DNA of 64,000 bases. It comes from Octopus bimaculoides (lineage: Eukaryota). The notes beneath the pieces are model-generated. The model worked only from the letters and a program-made list of their open reading frames with translations. It did not search any database and was not told the origin of the DNA. Location: positions 24,665,530-24,729,529 of the forward strand of contig NC_068989.1 of NCBI RefSeq assembly GCF_001194135.2, written 5' to 3'. Each line of letters starts with the position of its first letter. Position 1 is the first letter of the stretch. Shown piece after piece: positions 25,696 to 36,338 of the stretch. Both the position numbers and the translations under genes were made by a program.

Positions 25696-26399
25696 GATAA
25701 TTCTGCTTAGTACTGTTAATGTGGCGACTCTACTGAGATAAGATATGAATATGTTCAACTCGAGTTCAAAGGTCTTATAGATGGATGGTTTCCGATATCT
25801 CTCTATCCAATGTGTACGAAGTCTAAAGAACATCAAGTTTGACGTAGTTACCTGTCTTGCTCACGGCTAAATGAAATTTGTAAAGCAAGAGATGATTTTG
25901 TGAGTTGCAATTCCTTAACACTCTCTCGTTTAAATTTCTGTCAGTTCTGATCTCTTATAAAAAAGATATTTATCAATTGCACGGAATTATTTTACATGCT
26001 ATACCTCATTTAATATGGCAGTATATATTATGGTGGTATATATGTAGGCAATGCACTTGTGGAGCAAGCAACAATATTTGCTGTTCATTTAGCATCCATC
26101 TCTGCAATTGATATATTTAAAGAAACTCCTCAGAAGATTTGCTTCTTCATTGTATGTGTCCCACCGCCACATACACTGACACACAAAGGGCGGAATACTT
26201 CTGATCATTTGAAGTAATAAGATCACTGGTTCGACAATGTCCCTTCCACTATTACCAGTGTAGTCTAGAGCCAAGTGTTGTCTCTCCTTAAATTCTTTCA
26301 CCTCTTTTCCGCCCCTCTCTCTAGATATATCTTAGTCTTTGTAAACATACTACAATGTGTCACTCCTAAGAAAAGTAACCTAGGTGACTCCGTCTACGA

Positions 26400-27660
26400 T
26401 TGAACTCCCAGCAGTCTTTATCATCCTAAGATGCTGAAGACTGCTATTAACAGTCCTCTTCCCTGACACCTTCTATCCTTCATTAGTGACCACCGTCGCG
26501 GCATCCGTAAAATTATACCTGCCGGAGAGCAGCACTCGCAAGCCACTCAGCGGTAGTCGCACATCCTGAGAAGTTCCGTGAAAGCTATATTGTTGCATTA
26601 AAAAAAAACAGAAATGCTTCTAACCATTCTTGGCATGACAATTACCTCACTATATTGAAGTAGAAGTTTTCTGTAAAATTGCACTACCACACCCTGCACT
26701 GACTTAGAATACAATCTTTGTGATATGAAATTTATCTACTAACTTTGGTGTGCTTTATTATGATCTGCACACCTTTCCTCATGTACGATATCGACCTTTT
26801 TGCTGTGATATCTACCGAAGCTCATTCTATTGCAGTGTTTAATACTCTTCACCCCTCTTCAACCATTTCGTATTCAGGTATCATTCTCGTCTAGCCTAGG
26901 TGCTATCTGCAACACTTGTACTGCAACCTTGAACAAAGTTTTAGAAAAAATTCTTGTAATGCTGTCATAATAATTTAGGCTCTTACCACAATGCAAGTTT
27001 ACAAACATTGCTCGTATAAAAAAGTAATTTTGTACTTCACCTTAATATATGCTTGGACAACTTCACAAATAAAATTTTCAAAACTACTTTAAATTTTTGA
27101 CCTCAATTTTTGATAGTCTCTTCCAGTGTGTCTACATATCCTAACATAACTGAAATTGCATCCCAAAAACTTTCTAATTCAGGGCAAGAAACTACTTTAG
27201 CAATGGTAAATTGATGATCCTTTACAAATTCAAGCATCACGTACAATGGGGTAATCTTCTTACATAGGGGTCAGTAAAACAGATGTTCGCATAAACATCC
27301 TTGGCAGCTTTCAAAAGAAGGTTATCCGACTGATTACCAAAGATTCACTCACCAATACACAACAGTCTATGACCTTCAAGCATTTCTATGCTCAGCCTCT
27401 CTGCCTATTTTTGCACATTATAATGGCTTCTGCTCCTCTTTATGAGATAACCGTATACCACTTCCATTCAAGAATTCTATACACAGATTTGCTTTCCACT
27501 CGTAACCACAACTGTTTTTCGTCGCTCAACTACTCTCCCATCGAATCACTCCGGCAACCCTTCCTCACGAGAACGCCAATTCCTTGACAGTCTCCTTGGA
27601 AACGTATTTAAGCCATCGTCTTAAGATATTAAATCTAAAACTAAACGATATTGATCTCAA
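26400..27660 (+). mobile_element. Decayed CR1-group LINE (RT to 3' end)
   Basis: Frameshifted remnants: ALKKNRNASN (PKKGD.SNP-like), ITEIASQKL..RARNYFS, KKVIRLI, and a C-terminal PFLTRT..DSL..VF. Confidence 0.55.
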
Positions 27661-28145
27661 CAGTTCGAATAGCCTGCCAAGGCAATGGGGTATATCGTCT
27701 TTAAACCTTCTAAAACATAAAATCCCTAGAGATTAAAAGGTTTTAGGGAAAGACGTAATTTTACATTTAGGTTTGTTTTTAAATGCCTCAATATTAAAAC
27801 GTTACAAATGAGAAGAAGGGGTTAGCTATCCCTACGAGCTAATAATTAAACAACACCAAGCATTTCGCAGACTAATAATAATTTGTTAATAAGAGACTAG
27901 GTCAGAATGTTTCTCTTCGTTTTGGTGGCAGCAGTCAATTGTATCGATTTAAACTAACTGATTAGTAATAGTTAATATCGATTATCGATTATCGATCACA
28001 AAGGATGAACGAGAACGTTCAAGCGGGATTTCAATTCAAACGCTAAGTTAATGTAAACAAGTAAAATTAAGGAACATTGTTCGGCGAATTATTAATTATC
28101 GTCCTTCTTAATGACTTACTTTATATTTTTTCTTCTATTTTTCAG

Positions 28146-28251
28146 ATGAAATTCCAGTCTTTTATTTTTATCGCGTGTCTTTGTCTACATAACTTCAAAA
28201 ATGCATATTCAAAGGAGGTTTGTGAGAAACCTATTTCTCCGGAAGGAGAAG
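28146..28251 (+). CDS. Coding exon 1 (signal peptide) of an uncharacterised secreted or membrane repeat-domain protein
   Basis: Acceptor ttttcttctatttttcag is followed directly by ATG. Translates MKFQSFIFIACLCLHNFKNAYSKEVCEKPISPEGE, with a hydrophobic h-region and an A-Y-S cleavage motif. Donor G|gtaaac; 106 nt, phase 1, joins exon 2 in frame. Confidence 0.85.
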
Positions 28252-28275
28252 GTAAACGTTTTATCATTTCATTTA

Positions 28276-28347
<72 letters not shown>

Positions 28348-28348
<1 letters not shown>

Positions 28349-28659
28349 GTGGCTGACGATATGTGTATCTCTGATCACGAGTAGACGTAGTGGGGGAGCA
28401 TCATAGCCCTGTATTGAGAGGAATTCTTTGGGAGTTTGAATAATTCACCTCTGGAAACATGGACGTTTCGTTCATCATCCTTAAAACAAACCTTATTCAG
28501 GGCTCTTTTGAGCAGGATAAGATCATCACGTCGCGCACATATGGTTGTGTTGCATGTACCTAGCGTACACTTATCAGACGGGTAGTCATGATGGGTATAT
28601 TGGGCTTCGTATATTTGCACCCCATTGTCACTTTGGTGGCAAGCACCGCTCTCTCACGC

Positions 28660-28725
<66 letters not shown>

Positions 28726-29199
28726 ATGGGCTACAGCAAATATTCTGCTCAATACCAGATTTGCTTGTCAGTTGTTTGACCGTAACCAGTTGAGCATGTC
28801 TCTTGGTGGCTGATGATATGTGCATCTCTAATCACGAGCAGAAGTAGTGGGGGAGCATCATAGCCATGTGTCGAGAGGAATTCTTTGGGGTTTGAATAAT
28901 TCACCTTTGGAAACATGGGTGTTTTGCTCAACATCCTTAAACAAACCTTATTCAGGGTCCTTTTGAGTGGGATGGGCTACCCGACTTGAAGAAACTTCTA
29001 ACTGGGTCCCACCTGCGAGGTTATGCGCTGTTTATTTTGATATGAGGTCACAATGTCGCGCACATATGGTTGTGATGCATGTGCCTGGTGTACCCTTATC
29101 AGACGGGTAGTCATGATGGGTATATTGAGCTTCGTATATTTTACCCCAGTGTCACTTTGATGGCATGCACTGCTCTCTCACTCAATAATAATAATAATG

Positions 29200-29277
<78 letters not shown>

Positions 29278-29822
29278 CCCTGATGCAGTACCAGGCAGTG
29301 GCTCGCGTGGCTTCTGAACTTAACTAATTGGAAGTGTTATCATGTATGTGATTTATCTTGGTATAAGAGAAGTGTTACAACTGATATTCTGCTCAGTACC
29401 ACACATTTTTTTGTCAGTTGCTTGTCACTTGAGCATATCCTTTAGTGGCCCACAATATGTACATTTCTGATCACGAGCAGGAGTGGTGGAGGGAAGCATC
29501 GAAACCATGTGTTACGAGGAATTCTTTGGGGTTTGAATAATTCACCTCTGAAAACATGGGTGTTGCGTTCATCATCCTTAAACGAACCTTATTCAGGGAC
29601 CCTTTGAGCGGGATGGGCTCCTCGAACTGAAGAAAATTTTAGCTGAGTCCTACCTGCAAGATCATGCGCTGTTTATCTTATAAGATCATCATGTCGCGCA
29701 CATATGGTTGTGATGCATGTACCTAGTGTACACTTATCAGACGGGTAGTCATGATGGGTATATTGGACTTCGTATATTTGTACCCCGGTGTCACTTTGAT
29801 GGCATGCATTGCTCTCTCACTC
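28348..29822 (+). mobile_element. Tandem trimer of an unclassified (AAT)n-tailed interspersed element (family E): 28348-28659, 28723-29183, 29277-29822
   Basis: Shared sequence (gatatgtgcatctctgatcacgagcag...gtagtcatgatgggtat...ctctctcactc), identical right ends, staggered left ends, separated by (AAT)n. Confidence 0.9.
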
Positions 29823-29824
29823 AA

Positions 29825-29871
<47 letters not shown>

Positions 29872-29884
29872 ATAATAATAATAA

Positions 29885-30088
29885 TTTTGCCACGAGGTTA
29901 GCCATTTTGGGGAGGGGACTAGTCAATTACATCAAACCTAGTGTTTCCCTGGTACTTAATTTATCGACCTCGAAAGGATGAAAGGCAAAGTCGACCTCGG
30001 CGGAATTTGAAATCAGAACGTAGCTACGTGCGAAATACCGCTAAGCATTTTGCTTGGTGTGCTAACGACTCTGGCCATCTCGCCGCCT
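29885..30088 (-). mobile_element. SINE family A
   Basis: ggtacttaatttatcgacctcgaaaggatgaaaggcaaagtcgacctcggcggaatttgaa..ctcgccgcctt. Confidence 0.9.
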
Positions 30089-30120
<32 letters not shown>

Positions 30121-30321
30121 ATGATAATAATAAATAAATAAATAAATAAATATTAATACATAAATTAAAGTCGAACAAAGCAGCGTTGAATAAAATAGAC
30201 GCGCGTATAATCATATTTAACATGTCCATGTACAACTGGAAGTGGGAAGACCTTTTGTTGTTGATATGTTCTTGGGAGAAAAGTTTCCTCGTGTATTTCT
30301 GGTTTTAATCAAAACAAAAAG

Positions 30322-30393
<72 letters not shown>

Positions 30394-31304
30394 GCAAACA
30401 AAAAAACAAAAGTAAACTGAAATTAGATGTTGCAAATTCAGAAGGCCAAGGTGTGTTGGTTCTTCTTCATGTCTATACAAGAAATATTAGGAACTGTTAT
30501 AGCGAAGGCGAACAATAAAGCTCATAATGTACATTTGTATGGAATATGTCAAACTTGTAAAAACGCAACTTTTGAACAAACTAAACCTGCTGTCCCCTGA
30601 AGACTTTTAGAAAATGTATGTAACAGGTTTGTAAGATCATGTACCCATGGTAAATATGCATATATTTTGGCAGATACATGTGCAACGTTTGTCAGATTAG
30701 GTAGAATATTTTTTGTGGAAAATGACATGTAAAATAATGAGTGAGTCATTGACAACGTATTGTACATATTGAAATATTCAAACTTGTATAATATCTGGAG
30801 AGTCTTAAATATAGTTATTGTTTTCCTGTATTTTCCCGCTATTTTGGTACCTTTATTTACATTCGATCTCATTAGCAACTGTCGTCATGTACATATTTCG
30901 TCAATATCCCCAATTGAAAAAAATCGAATATTCTGACATGCAAGCCAAAATGTAATTATCAAAAAGTTTAATAAAACATCAGCGGTCATTGTTGACGGCT
31001 TGATTATTCTAATACTACATTCATTCTGTGGTGTTATCATAAGCTATACAGTTTAGAACAGATGGCGCATTGCAACTTTTTTCTGTCTACTTCATCAATC
31101 TATAAGACAATAATGCCTTCCCTTCCTCATTGGAATATTAGAAAAAATTCTTTAGTCTACTAAATTAACACTGCTATCTTTACAAACATCACCACCAGCA
31201 TAATAAAGACCGTATCAAACTAATAACAAAGCAAGTGTACATGTACTAGTTCCTATTGTTTCTTCCAGGAATTAATCAAACCATATGATCTGGATTCATT
31301 TCAG

Positions 31305-31502
31305 TTGGTCCATTTATTAATATACCAAACCAATTTTATTTCAACTTAGAAGCAACTTTCGAGGACAAAAAAGAGGTTACATCATTTGTGGAATATTATG
31401 ACCATCCGGGTTTGCGTGGCTTGATTACTCAAAAGGAAAACGGTGACCAAGAAAGCATCTATTACAGTTTTCAGACTAATGAGGTTTTCACAGTGAAAGA
31501 TT
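31305..31502 (+). CDS. Coding exon 2 (start of repeat domain 1)
   Basis: Acceptor ttcatttcag, donor T|gtaagt; 198 nt, phase 1-1, open: (V)GPFINIPNQFYFNLEATFEDKKEVTSFVEYYDHPGLRGLITQKENGDQESIYYSFQTNEVFTVKD. Confidence 0.92.
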
Positions 31503-31816
31503 GTAAGTAAAGATGTATGAGTTCACTAGCGCTGATTATGTTAAATTTTTTCCTTGCCTTTTCTTCTGTCACCTCATTCCTTTTCGTTATCCCTGTCTCA
31601 GACGAAATCACAATCATATATGTCATTGTAACACCGCATCCTCATAACATGTGAAAACATATGCATGTATGCACACATACATATAAACACACACACCAAC
31701 GTGTGCCTATATATGGCCTATGTAAGTTCGGAGATGTTGTTCATATTGTGCTGATGCATGATGTCGCTCGGTTGTGCATGCACAATTGCCAGCATCGTCA
31801 AATTTGCAAACTGGAA

Positions 31817-31878
31817 TATCATACTGATGAGGAAATGAAAAGTTTTCACTTTTCTGATCCAGAAACGCGTCTATGATT
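31817..31878 (+). ncRNA. Minimal PLE-type hammerhead motif, canonical C3-G8 core
   Basis: ATCATA-CTGATGA-GGA...TCC-a-GAAA-CGCG-TC-TATGAT: 6-bp stem I, palindromic ACGCGT stem III, GUC site, one extra A before GAAA. Confidence 0.65.
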
Positions 31879-33823
31879 AACTACGACTGGTTAGTTTTCG
31901 TTGTTTTTTCTTCTTGTTTTGCCTTTGTGAGTTACAAGTAATGCTATCTGTTGGAGTTTCAGCATTTTAGCTGCTATTTCTGAACTTCGGTATGTGGTGA
32001 AGCAACTGTTGCTGATCCCTTAATTATGTTTATAAATGTATAAGAACTTTTAAATAAGTTCCTCACCGATAATGGTGTTTACATACCGAAGGGCTTGGTA
32101 AAAATTATTAATTGNNNNNNNNNNATATATATATGCATGTATATATATATATGTCTGTATATATGTCTATATATATGTCTATATTACTTGGAAAAATGCG
32201 AGCAAGAGAGATAAAATTCTTAAGATTATAAACCTAGAAAATTACAGGGCATGTTCTTTCACTTGGAAAAGTTCAGGAGAACTTATTACATCTTGTAAAG
32301 TGCAGAACAACAACAAAAAAAAAAGCTTTACTTAAAATATTACAGCTAAGGACAAAATTTCAAATAAAATATTTAGAGTTAGAAAATATTAGCTTTTATT
32401 AAAACTAAAAATTCTATTACAAGTTATTACTTCTATTTGTTATTACTTGTTACTTCTATTAAAAATAAAAAAAATAACTGAATTAAAATATTTTTTGCAC
32501 TTAAAAAAAATTAATTTTTTAAATTATCAGTTGATAATTAGAAATTTGAAAATAGGTTATAAAACATAATAGTAGTACATAATTAGTACAATAAATAGAA
32601 TAATACAAAAATTAGCTATATATTACAGCAAAATCTACCTATAACAACAAGTTCACAGTAAAATTTGCTTGAGTTATTGCCTAACTTAGTGCCAAGTCTT
32701 CACATTTTTAGCCTTAACCCAATACCTATTTTTTACATAATGAATTTGCCTACCATATATACTATTCTACTTTACATAAAACATTAGCTATATTGGTACC
32801 TCTGGCTCTCACTTTTTAAGCATTCTAGTGTCAATATTTTACCAAAATGATGGTACCTTTTTACTTATAATGTTACTTCGTAAATTAAAATCAAATAATA
32901 TTATCACCCTCAAATTTGAGAAACAAACACTCATAACTGTTTCTTTTAAAAACTTTATTGCATGAGATAGATACCATGGGATTTCTCGAATTGAGCTCTA
33001 TCATTTAAGATTAATTAAAATATAGTGTTTTTAAAATAAAAAAATAACTATACTTAAATCCAATTTTTTTGGCCTTACTTACATTTTTTCATAATATTTT
33101 ACCTCACAACATTTTGATACAAATTTTTGTTGCATGGGACCAAAACTATGAGATTCTTCATGCTTTCGTCTCTCATTGAGGCTAAGACAAATATATTTTG
33201 CTTTGAAAAAAGTTATTTAGATCTAAACTTGGTTGGTGGTGTTACTCTCCTATAACGTTGCTAGAAATTTTGATGTAAGCTTTGTTCTACTGGATCAAAT
33301 CTCAATTTTTTAATGCTAAAATGTAGCTAGGGACCAGTCCTTTTCACACATGCTAGCAGTCTTCAATTTGGTTAAGAACTGAACTGGCGACAAGCTCCGA
33401 AAGATGCTGTTTGTGAGTAAATTTCGGCCTCAAGAATATTATTCAACTACTACTGCAGAATATATTCATATATATGTATTTATATATGCATAAGTATATA
33501 TATATGTATATATGATAACATATATACACACACACATATATATATATATACATGCAAATATATGCATATGTATTTGCTTATATATTTGTATATATATATT
33601 TTCATACATAATTACACACACATACACACACTCACACACACAAGCACATGTACGCACACACACATATATACATATATGTACATATATACACACACAGAAG
33701 CACACACACATATATAAAATAATAATAATATATATAACAACAAAAGAATGAGACCTCGATATTTGTAGAAACAGAGGATTATTTTATATGCTACAATTCA
33801 TAGAGCAATGAGTAAACAGTTGT

Positions 33824-33888
33824 CATTATTAGTACTCAGTTTCGAATGTCGGAGCAAAGAGCTACTGTGCATTCTCGTCGGCTATTAA
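33824..33888 (-). ncRNA. Hammerhead motif with a single U4-to-C core change
   Basis: Reverse complement reads TTAATAG-CCGACGA-GAATG...CATTC-GAAA-CTGAG-TA-CTAATAA. Stems I and II and a one-pair stem III (C-G) form; GUA site. Confidence 0.6.
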
Positions 33889-35259
33889 ATGGCAACATAC
33901 GCTACGAAAAACCGTTAAATATAAAGGAAGTAACTCTAATAGATGGAAAAAGAGAAGAATAAAAAAATGAAATATATATAAAAGGTTATAAAGGCATAAA
34001 GCACCTGCGTTCACAATATCTACATACGTACACACGCATACAAAACACACACACACACACACACACATACACACACACACAAACACACACACANNNNNNN
34101 NNNNNNNNNNNNNNNNNNNNNNNNNNNNNNNNNNNNNNNNNNNNNNNNNNNNNNNNNNNNNNNNNNNNNNNNNNNNNNNNNNNNNNNNNNNNNNNNNNNN
34201 NNNNNNNNNNNNNNNNNNNNNNNNNNNNNNNNNNNNNNNNNNNNNNNNNNNNNNNNNNNNNNNNNNNNNNNNNNNNNNNNNNNNNNNNNNNNNNNNNNNN
34301 NNNNNNNNNNNNNNNNNNNNNNNNNNNNNNNNNNNNNNNNNNNNNNNNNNNNNNNNNNNNNNNNNNNNNNNNNNNNNNNNNNNNNNNNNNNNNNNNNNNN
34401 NNNNNNNNNNNNNNNNNNNNNNNNNNNNNNNNNNNNNNNNNNNNNNNNNNNNNNNNNNNNNNNNNNNNNNNNNNNNNNNNNNNNNNNNNNNNNNNNNNNN
34501 NNNNNNNNNNNNNNNNNNNNNNNNNNNNNNNNNNNNNNNNNNNNNNNNNNNNNNNNNNNNNNNNNNNNNNNNNNNNNNNNNNNNNNNNNNNNNNNNNNNN
34601 NNNNNNNNNNNNNNNNNNNNNNNNNNNNNNNNNNNNNNNNNNNNNNNNNNNNNNNNNNNNNNNNNNNNNNNNNNNNNNNNNNNNNNNNNNNNNNNNNNNN
34701 NNNNNNNNNNNNNNNNNNNNNNNNNNNNNNNNNNNNNNNNNNNNNNNNNNNNNNNNNNNNNNNNNNNNNNNNNNNNNNNNNNNNNNNNNNNNNNNNNNNN
34801 NNNNNNNNNNNNNNNNNNNNNNNNNNNNNNNNNNNNNNNNNNNNNNNNNNNNNNNNNNNNNNNNNNNNNNNNNNNNNNNNNNNNNNNNNNNNNNTATATA
34901 TATATATATATGTATATACCCTCCCATCAAACACATACATCCGTACATATAACATATGCATATCCTTATAAGTGAAGGGGCGTGTGCACATGAAAATCGC
35001 ACATATGCACCGGACACAGTCTTACACTCATATGCATACATATACACACACTTACATACATATAATATATACACATATATATACATACATACACACACAC
35101 GTACACATACATATAAAAAAAGGAAAAAGTATATTAAAATATTCATAAAAAAACAAATATAAAAATTAAAAATTAATGGGAGTTAAAACGCATGGGAAGT
35201 TTGTGCAGGAACATAGTAGAAATATGGACTCTGGCCGTGGTCTTGGGACGGGGGGGGGG

Positions 35260-35650
35260 AGCCCAAAATAGCAACAGGTATATTGTGACACGTGGACATG
35301 ATCCAAACAGTTCAGTTCTTGAATTTAAACATGTAGCGGGGTCTAAGGAACTTTTCCAAATGAGTCATCTTTCCATGTTAGAAAGACCGCATTTGCCACT
35401 ACCGTTGGTATAAGGCTTACACTTGCCTAAGATTTTCCAGTAAATAGTGTAGTTGACACATTGTTCTTTTAAGAAACATATATAACTGGATAATTTAGTA
35501 GCCCTTCGTTTATTCCAGTGTCTGAAGCTTAAGGTGCAATTGTTAAATCTTGCTTTAAAATTTCCCTCTGTGAGACCCACATATCGCTTTCTCACAAAAT
35601 ACCTGTTGCAGTTGCACAATATATGGATTTCACTAATCCAGTGGTACTCA
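35260..35650 (-). mobile_element. Penelope-like element, GIY-YIG endonuclease fragment
   Basis: KSIYCAT..YVGLTEGNFKARFNN..SFRH.NKRRATKLSSYI..LKE..YWKILGKCKPY..GSGKCGL..LNSRTE. Confidence 0.85.
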
Positions 35651-36034
35651 CAAAAAGCTCCTTTATTGAATCAGGCTATAAATCACACAGTAAACCAAAA
35701 TAAAGAGGTATAATGAATAGTTCAATACTGTTGAAATTTAGTAAATCCAATTATTAATGATTATTTCATTAGGAGTATTTAAAATATAAAGAAAGAGAGG
35801 AGGCATGAAATGAATGCATTTATTTTACCAGTTGATGTCCATATGACTACGATCGTTTCGCAGCCATTATTGACTTCCATGTATCAATACTTCCAAGATG
35901 ACGTTTTGCTTTTGTATGTAAATATTGAGTTGATGAATGGATGTAACTATGATATTCTTTGATTTAAAGAGCAAGCCTGCTTTACTTGTATTACCTTATA
36001 AACTGTACAATAGTACTATATAATTTATAACATA

Positions 36035-36239
36035 CTAGCAGAAATACCCGGCGTTGCTCAGGAGTGAAATGGTATATTTGTTTATTCTTATCTTTTACTT
36101 GTTTAAAATATTTGCCTGTGGCGTTACTGGAGAATTGCCTTTTCTCGAATGAATTGACCCCAAGTAATCATTCTATCAGCCTCTTTTGTGAAGCTGCTAA
36201 TTTATGGGGACATAAACATACCAACATTAGTTGGCAAGC

Positions 36240-36338
<99 letters not shown>

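Noticed and set aside
26022-26151. Possible 130-nt exon (IYYGGIYVGNALVEQATIF...)
   Set aside because: Poor polypyrimidine tract, no partner exon found, and it does not fit the gene model as coding sequence.
29277-29340. Resemblance of the family E 5' end to U2 snRNA or a hammerhead (CTGATG)
   Set aside because: Only 7-8 nt matches; no GAAA partner or U2 structure.
28348-29822. CRISPR-like repeat-spacer appearance of the family E trimer and SINE chains
   Set aside because: Units are 300-550 bp retroposon-like copies separated by microsatellites in a eukaryotic intron; no short direct repeats with unique spacers and no cas genes.
30430-30900. Peptides resembling a hAT 'SKSLQG' segment (minus strand) or a Fur-like HxxLYGICxxC motif (plus strand)
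   Set aside because: Short motif matches with stops, no termini and no splice support; likely chance or an unclassifiable relic.
32140-33450. Very AT-rich tract resembling a mitochondrial insertion or ancient hAT transposase
   Set aside because: I found no mitochondrial rRNA landmarks or recognisable mitochondrial ORFs, and hAT-like motifs were too degenerate to support.
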